Shown here: positions 60,038 to 64,000 of the stretch, one piece after another
Position numbering within the stretch: the first letter of the stretch is position 1
Layout of the letters: each line of letters starts with the position of its first letter
Origin: Lophium mytilinum
Taxonomy: Eukaryota
Length of the DNA: 64,000 nt
Assembly (NCBI GenBank): GCA_010093605.1
Contig: MU004187.1
Coordinates: 682,001-746,000 of the forward strand
Direction of reading: 5' to 3'
Notes under the pieces: generated by a model
Databases searched by the model: none
What the model was told of the DNA's origin: nothing
Seen by the model: only the letters and a program-made list of their open reading frames with translations
Translations under genes and position numbers: made by a program

Positions 60038-60824
60038 TATACAAGTAAATCTACTAGAAGGGGCCAGAGAGGGCAGAGAAATTGACCGACGCGGGGTTAT
60101 GAAAGGCAGGGTAAGGCACAATCATACAAGAACATTTAACCGTTGTACATACATAGTATATTGCCATAATTCCGACTTGCTCTATAACTAATAAAAAGGC
60201 GATTGGGTATAAGATGGGGGTGTCTGTTACTCCAAGATTGCAAGAGAAGAGAAATAGATATGATTCACGTCTATATCGAAAGTTGATATGCAAAGTATAC
60301 AACAGAGCTGGCTGATAGTTACATGTGCTTCTCTTGACTTCGCGTTAGTATTTTATACGTAGAGATGCGAGTTTGGCGGGGTCTGTGGCCTGAGAGCGGG
60401 CCAAGCCCTATCCTTTGCATAAAATACGTTAGCATCCCTGGCATCATTGTCAAGGCTGGAGAGCGACTGAATATGATGCAGCATGGTGGAGGAACTCAGG
60501 TGAGAGCCTGTGTCACAAGCGCGGGCTGTACCACCTGCTGACGGCGCCAGGGGCGCCCTTTGCTTTGCGGCGCAGGCAACCACGTTCCGCATCGATGAAC
60601 TCCCGATCACCATCAAACCTACTTCACTTAACCCCCGGCACATATGGTGGAGGCACTCCATACATCCTCATAACTTCATTTCGTTGCAACAACGCGTGGC
60701 CCCCGAGAGTCTATGTCCTCATCTTTTGCTCAACCAAGTTCAGACTTGCGTTGATCAGAGTGGCCCAGATCTCGTAACCGACATTCATTTCCTATCGAAC
60801 GACTTGCTTCGGGTTCCAGAGATT

Positions 60825-61898
60825 ATGGAGCCGGACAGTCCAAGTGCAGACTGTACAGGTATGACAGAGATCATACCCGAGTTGGAGAGCCCAGTACCGA
60901 GACTTCCTCTACACAAGAGACCTCTCGTGGAGGATGTCACCCCTGAAGAGTTCTGCTACCTCTTGGAACAAGTGAGGAGAAGAAGAAGAATGAAGATCGA
61001 TGAAGGCTTTACAATGGCCGAGGATTGCACCTCGTGGCAAGTTGGACAACCCCTGGACAGCTCGAGCCGCGAAGAAAAGATATTCGAGAACCCTCATCAA
61101 TTGTATGTCGACGCCGAAGAAGAAACGAGACAACTCCAGAATGCTGGCGATGTAGTCGAAAAGAGCTATTCAATCTGGTCGAAATTATCACACGAGCTAT
61201 ATAAGCGCATCTCTTCCCTGTGCTTCACCAATAACGACTCCAACCCCCAACCGGATCTCAAACCTTCTCTTCTACTACGCTTGCCGACAGAGCTTCGCCT
61301 CGAAATATGGCGCTTCGTCTTCTCCCCACCGTACTCCAAGCCCCACCGTGCTCTCTCGCTCCTCCGGACCAACCACCAAATCCACGAGGAGGCCCACCCC
61401 ATCGCCTTCCACAAAATCCGCTTCTACTTCCGCAACTACGACAGCCTCAAAGCCCATTTGGCCAGCCTCTCTTCAAAACAACTTACCCAACTCAACCACC
61501 TCCGCCTCCCCGCTAGATCCCTCGAAGCCGCGCTCAAAGACCTCACCCTCATCCCCCTCCTGGCAGACCTCAGCCACACCGCCGTCACCATTACACTGCA
61601 ACTCCCCTCTGGCGCCTCCAACCGCTTCCGCTCTGTGCCTAGTACTATCGCGCTCTATGACTGGCGAACGCGGGCCGAAAAGGTCACTGGCCTAAGAAAA
61701 ATTACTGTTGACAACAACGGGTTTTACGATGACTGGAATCTCTTGCTGTTGTTTTTGAATATGCACGCTCTCGATCCGCGGACACCTATCCCTGAACTAA
61801 TGACGGCTGTGTATACGCAGTGGGCGTATACTTTGCGGCGGAGGGGGAAGAGTGAGGGTGGCGGATTTGTTATGGTGATGGATAGGTTGGATGGTTAG
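60825..61898 (+). CDS. Hypothetical protein with F-box-like motif
   Basis: LLRLPTELRLEIWRFVF followed by LSLLRTNHQIHEEAHPI..F, a common fungal F-box-like pattern; first ATG of the open frame is 60825. Confidence 0.72.
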   Translation: MEPDSPSADCTGMTEIIPELESPVPRLPLHKRPLVEDVTPEEFCYLLEQVRRRRRMKIDEGFTMAEDCTSWQVGQPLDSSSREEKIFENPHQLYVDAEEETRQLQNAGDVVEKSYSIWSKLSHELYKRISSLCFTNNDSNPQPDLKPSLLLRLPTELRLEIWRFVFSPPYSKPHRALSLLRTNHQIHEEAHPIAFHKIRFYFRNYDSLKAHLASLSSKQLTQLNHLRLPARSLEAALKDLTLIPLLADLSHTAVTITLQLPSGASNRFRSVPSTIALYDWRTRAEKVTGLRKITVDNNGFYDDWNLLLLFLNMHALDPRTPIPELMTAVYTQWAYTLRRRGKSEGGGFVMVMDRLDG

Positions 61899-62253
61899 GA
61901 GGGCGAATGGACGTTGTGGGTGGAGCTTGAGGATTGTAAGCTCCGGTAGTTATACTAATAGGTTTTCCCTTTGTATTAATGAACTGTATAGTAGACTACA
62001 CGCAAAGCCCAATAAACTTAATCGCTAATGCTTACAATTGGAGCCGGACATTTGTCTCTGGCTCTGAGCACTCCCATATTAAAGGCACCGTAGCAGTTGT
62101 TGGGGATTGCTGGCATGAGACCCCTGGCCTACCCAAATCTACACATCTATGATGTATATCTCACGACACTCGATTTCTCAACCTTAAGGGGATCATTTGA
62201 TATGTCTAATGACCCACTGCGACGCTCCTACGCCCATCAAGTAACGCCCTTCC

Positions 62254-64000
62254 TCAGACCTTCGTCTCCGCACCCTCAACATTCTCAACCCGCTTATCCC
62301 GCATCTCCAACTCCACCGTCTTCTCCCCATCATGATCCAGCACCTCGGCCAGCCCCCCAACCCCCTCCGTCATCTCCTTCCCCTTCCTCCCAATCAAATA
62401 CCACGGCAGCTCAAAGATCGCATCAATCGCCTCCAGACTCTTCCCCGTCGTCTCCGGCAGGAAGAACCACACCCACACCAACCCAATCGCGGTAATCGCC
62501 GAGAAGAAGAACATCGTCCCCCCCGTCGTCATCCCAATGAACATCAGCGGCACCGCCTTCGAATTCCCGTACTGGTTCGCGAAATGCAGCGTCATGGCGA
62601 TCGAGCCGCCCAGCGCGCGCAGCCGCAGCGGGTAGATCTCCGAGTTGAGCAGGTACTGGATGCTGTTCCAGCCCAGCGCCCACCCGAAGCCGGAGAAGTA
62701 GATCATGACGATGGCGCCCTGGGCGGCGCGTTTCTGGGACGGGGATTGGTGGGGCACGTCGTCGCTGACGGAGGTGTCGATGACGAGGAAGAGGGCCATG
62801 TAGAGCATGGCGAAGAGCTGTAGGATGATTCCTGAGGAGAGGGCGCGCTTGCGGCCGATGTAGTCGACGAGGAAGAAGGCGCAGAGCATTGAGGAGATGA
62901 ATTTGACGAGGCCGAAGATGGCGGTGGCGAAGAGTTTCTCGTTTTGGCCGGTTGTGCCCCTGCGTTTGTCATTAGAAGGAGGGAGAGAGGGGGGGAGGGG
63001 AGGGGGCTTACATCATGGCGAAGTATTCCGGTGCGTAGATGGTGATGCTGTTGGCGCCGGACCATTGCGCCAGAACTTGCGACATCACGCTGAGCATAAT
63101 GCGGTACAGGTTTGAGCGGATGGTGAAGAGCTCGCGCACGGGGCCGAGCCAGGACGTGCCCATGGTGGCTTCGCGCTCGCGGTTCAGCTGGTCGTTGATG
63201 TCGATGATTTCGCTCTGCACGTAAGGATGCTCGATAGGGAGGTTTCGGAGCTGGCTAAGTCCCTTGGCTGCGTCTTCGTGTCGTCCGACTTTGATGAGCC
63301 ATCGCGGGCTTTCTTTGGCAAAAAAGCTGAGGACGAAGATGATGCCGGCGAACATGAGGTGCATGGAGTTCGGGACTAGCCATTGAGCTTGGGATTTGTC
63401 GGAGATGTGGATAGATGAACCCCAAGACGCGAAGTAGGCCAGCATGATCCCAAGATACACAGCTCCAGAGAAGGCGCCCACACAAAGACCGCGAATGGCT
63501 CTCGGGGCGGTCTCTGCTAGGTACGTAGGCGCAACCACGGTAGTCTGACCGATTCCGATACCTGCAATGAATCGGCCTGCATAGACCATACCAATGCTAC
63601 CTGAGGGAGCGGCTGCAAGGAAGATGGCGATGCCAACGACCCAAATGAGACAAAGCTGCCTAGTAGCCCAGAGACGTCCGAGTTTGTCGGTGAGATAGAA
63701 TGCAATGAGTGCTCCGAGAATAGATCCTAATTGGACCATCGAGGTGATGTTGGAGAGCAAATCGGCCTGCTCATGTTTGCTTTTAGACGGATCTTTGAGG
63801 CCAAACTTGGCGATGAAAGGATCGAGGGTCGCGGTAGTTCCAATGAGGCCTTCGTCAATACCTCGAGCTGCTCCCATGATTCCGAAGACTGGACGCATCG
63901 TTAGTAGATCTTCTTGTCAACAAGCTCAGCAAACATACCGAAGACGCCAAACCAGAGACGCCAATTCAGCGACTCCTTCGGCGTGTCCTTGAGGTTCTCG
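62254..64000 (-). CDS. MFS sugar-porter family transporter (quinate permease-like), 5' end outside the window
   Basis: LNWRLWFGVF|VFGIMGAARGIDEG, DKLGR, PTYLAETAPRAIRG, ESPRWL, QWSGANSITIYAP, DYIGRKR, SEIYPLRLR, LPETTGKSLE; introns 63938-63889 and 63011-62960. Confidence 0.92.

Overview
Gene-dense eukaryotic DNA from a filamentous ascomycete (short GT-AG introns with CTRAC branch sites, RIP-type mutation; Dothideomycete-like is only a weak inference). About 25 protein-coding genes were modelled by hand, mostly housekeeping: URC4-like, GTR1, glucosidase II alpha, NDK1, SEN2, scramblase, UBC7, sulfite oxidase-family enzyme, two MFS transporters, Hikeshi/OPI10, CE5 esterase, GPI wall protein, DML1, SAP18, PRP18 and an LCAT-like hydrolase. 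The 6.75-kb AT-rich block (40582-47330) resolves exactly into a 3370-bp Mutator (MULE) transposon inserted in inverted orientation into another copy of itself. Both copies have 9-bp target-site duplications and both are destroyed by RIP. The best candidates for something undescribed are: an orphan gasdermin/RCD-1-like ORF with a C-terminal tail and no adjacent protease (58509-59285); a structured ~200-nt intergenic element with Pol III-type signals (24350-24567); a deaminase-like protein lacking all predicted zinc ligands (11260-13567); a spliced 65-aa microprotein (35164-35421); and recurrent C-rich-then-G-rich islands that ignore gene orientation. All family calls rest on motif recognition by eye; no database search was run.
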